Source: Pseudomonadales bacterium
Lineage (GTDB): Bacteria > Pseudomonadota > Gammaproteobacteria > Pseudomonadales > M0112
Direction: 5' to 3'
Assembly (NCBI GenBank): GCA_036568505.1
Contig: DATCSK010000014.1
Coordinates: 13,022-77,021 of the forward strand
Length of the DNA stretch: 64,000 nt
The notes under the pieces were generated by a model, which did no database searches, was not told the DNA's origin, and saw nothing but the letters and a program-made list of their open reading frames with translations. Positions 63,897-64,000 of this stretch are shown here, in pieces. Position 1 is the stretch's first letter, and every line of letters starts with the position of its first letter. The translations under genes and the position numbers were made by a program.

Positions 63897-64000
63897 TCAG
63901 CGGGCGTGGTAGATCGCACCCAATACCAATGGTCGTTTGGCGCCGGTGACCGCCGGCAGATTGCCGGGTAATTCCAATATGCGTTGGCGAGCAAGCCACG
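63897..64000 (-). CDS. anmK: anhydro-N-acetylmuramic acid kinase, C-terminal 34 codons only (gene continues past the right edge)
   Basis: Manual translation of the minus strand gives ...[33 protein letters not shown], matching the conserved AnmK C-terminus (PGNLPxVTGA...VLGAIY). It lies next to erpA as in Pseudomonas. Confidence 0.75.
   Translation of the reverse strand, partial: WLARQRILELPGNLPAVTGAKRPLVLGAIYHAR

Overview
This 64-kb window is chromosomal DNA from a moderately high-GC gammaproteobacterium. From memory, the gene order closely follows Pseudomonas / Oceanospirillales-type core regions. Coding is almost gap-free: I call about 70 protein genes, one tRNA, two clear bidirectional intrinsic terminators and a few candidate regulatory sites. 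I found no rRNA, CRISPR array, IS/transposase, integrase, prophage gene or recognisable defence system.

Gene content, left to right:
- Low-GC block: ectC-ectB-ectA (minus strand), a divergent MarR (EctR-like) regulator and a MarC-family gene, ending at the 3' end of tRNA-Ile2(CAU).
- rpsU-yqeY-dnaG-rpoD, then tsaD, folB-folK, pyk, a pteridine-reductase-like SDR and cca.
- A DUF4136 lipoprotein and a small ORF.
- apaH-rsmA-pdxA-surA-lptD, then amgK-murU, an SRPBCC protein and rpe.
- An orphan low-GC B12-binding radical SAM gene.
- trpE-G-D-C, then an SLC13 transporter.
- An SRPBCC / DUF4124 / Pmp3 / crp array.
- OsmC, VOC, an SGNH hydrolase, DUF1456 and coq7.
- A Ycf46-like AAA+ ATPase and a RetS-like hybrid kinase.
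- purD-purH-fis-dusB, a DUF3426 zinc-ribbon protein, prmA-accC-accB-aroQ and dsbD.
- A lipoprotein plus PCu(A)C, a PfkB kinase, mrcB with an LpoP-like lipoprotein, a Nudix hydrolase, TauE, hemL, hemJ and argC.
- A membrane coiled-coil protein plus bactofilin, erpA, and the 3' end of anmK.

Most of the window is ordinary core genome. The leads most worth a second look are:
1. The compositionally foreign, partner-less class-B radical SAM gene between rpe and trpE, with two unannotated micro-ORFs just upstream of it.
2. The low-GC ect/ectR/marC block abutting a tRNA 3' end, with nested palindromes in its control region.
3. The Ycf46-like AAA+ ATPase abutting a RetS-like kinase whose ATP-binding boxes look degenerate.
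4. Two genes missed by the 60-aa ORF cut-off: a Pmp3/YqaE proteolipid, and an ORF coupled to ectC.

Limits: all family assignments come from reading the translated ORFs and from remembered family and synteny knowledge. No searches were run. Start codons were chosen by eye.
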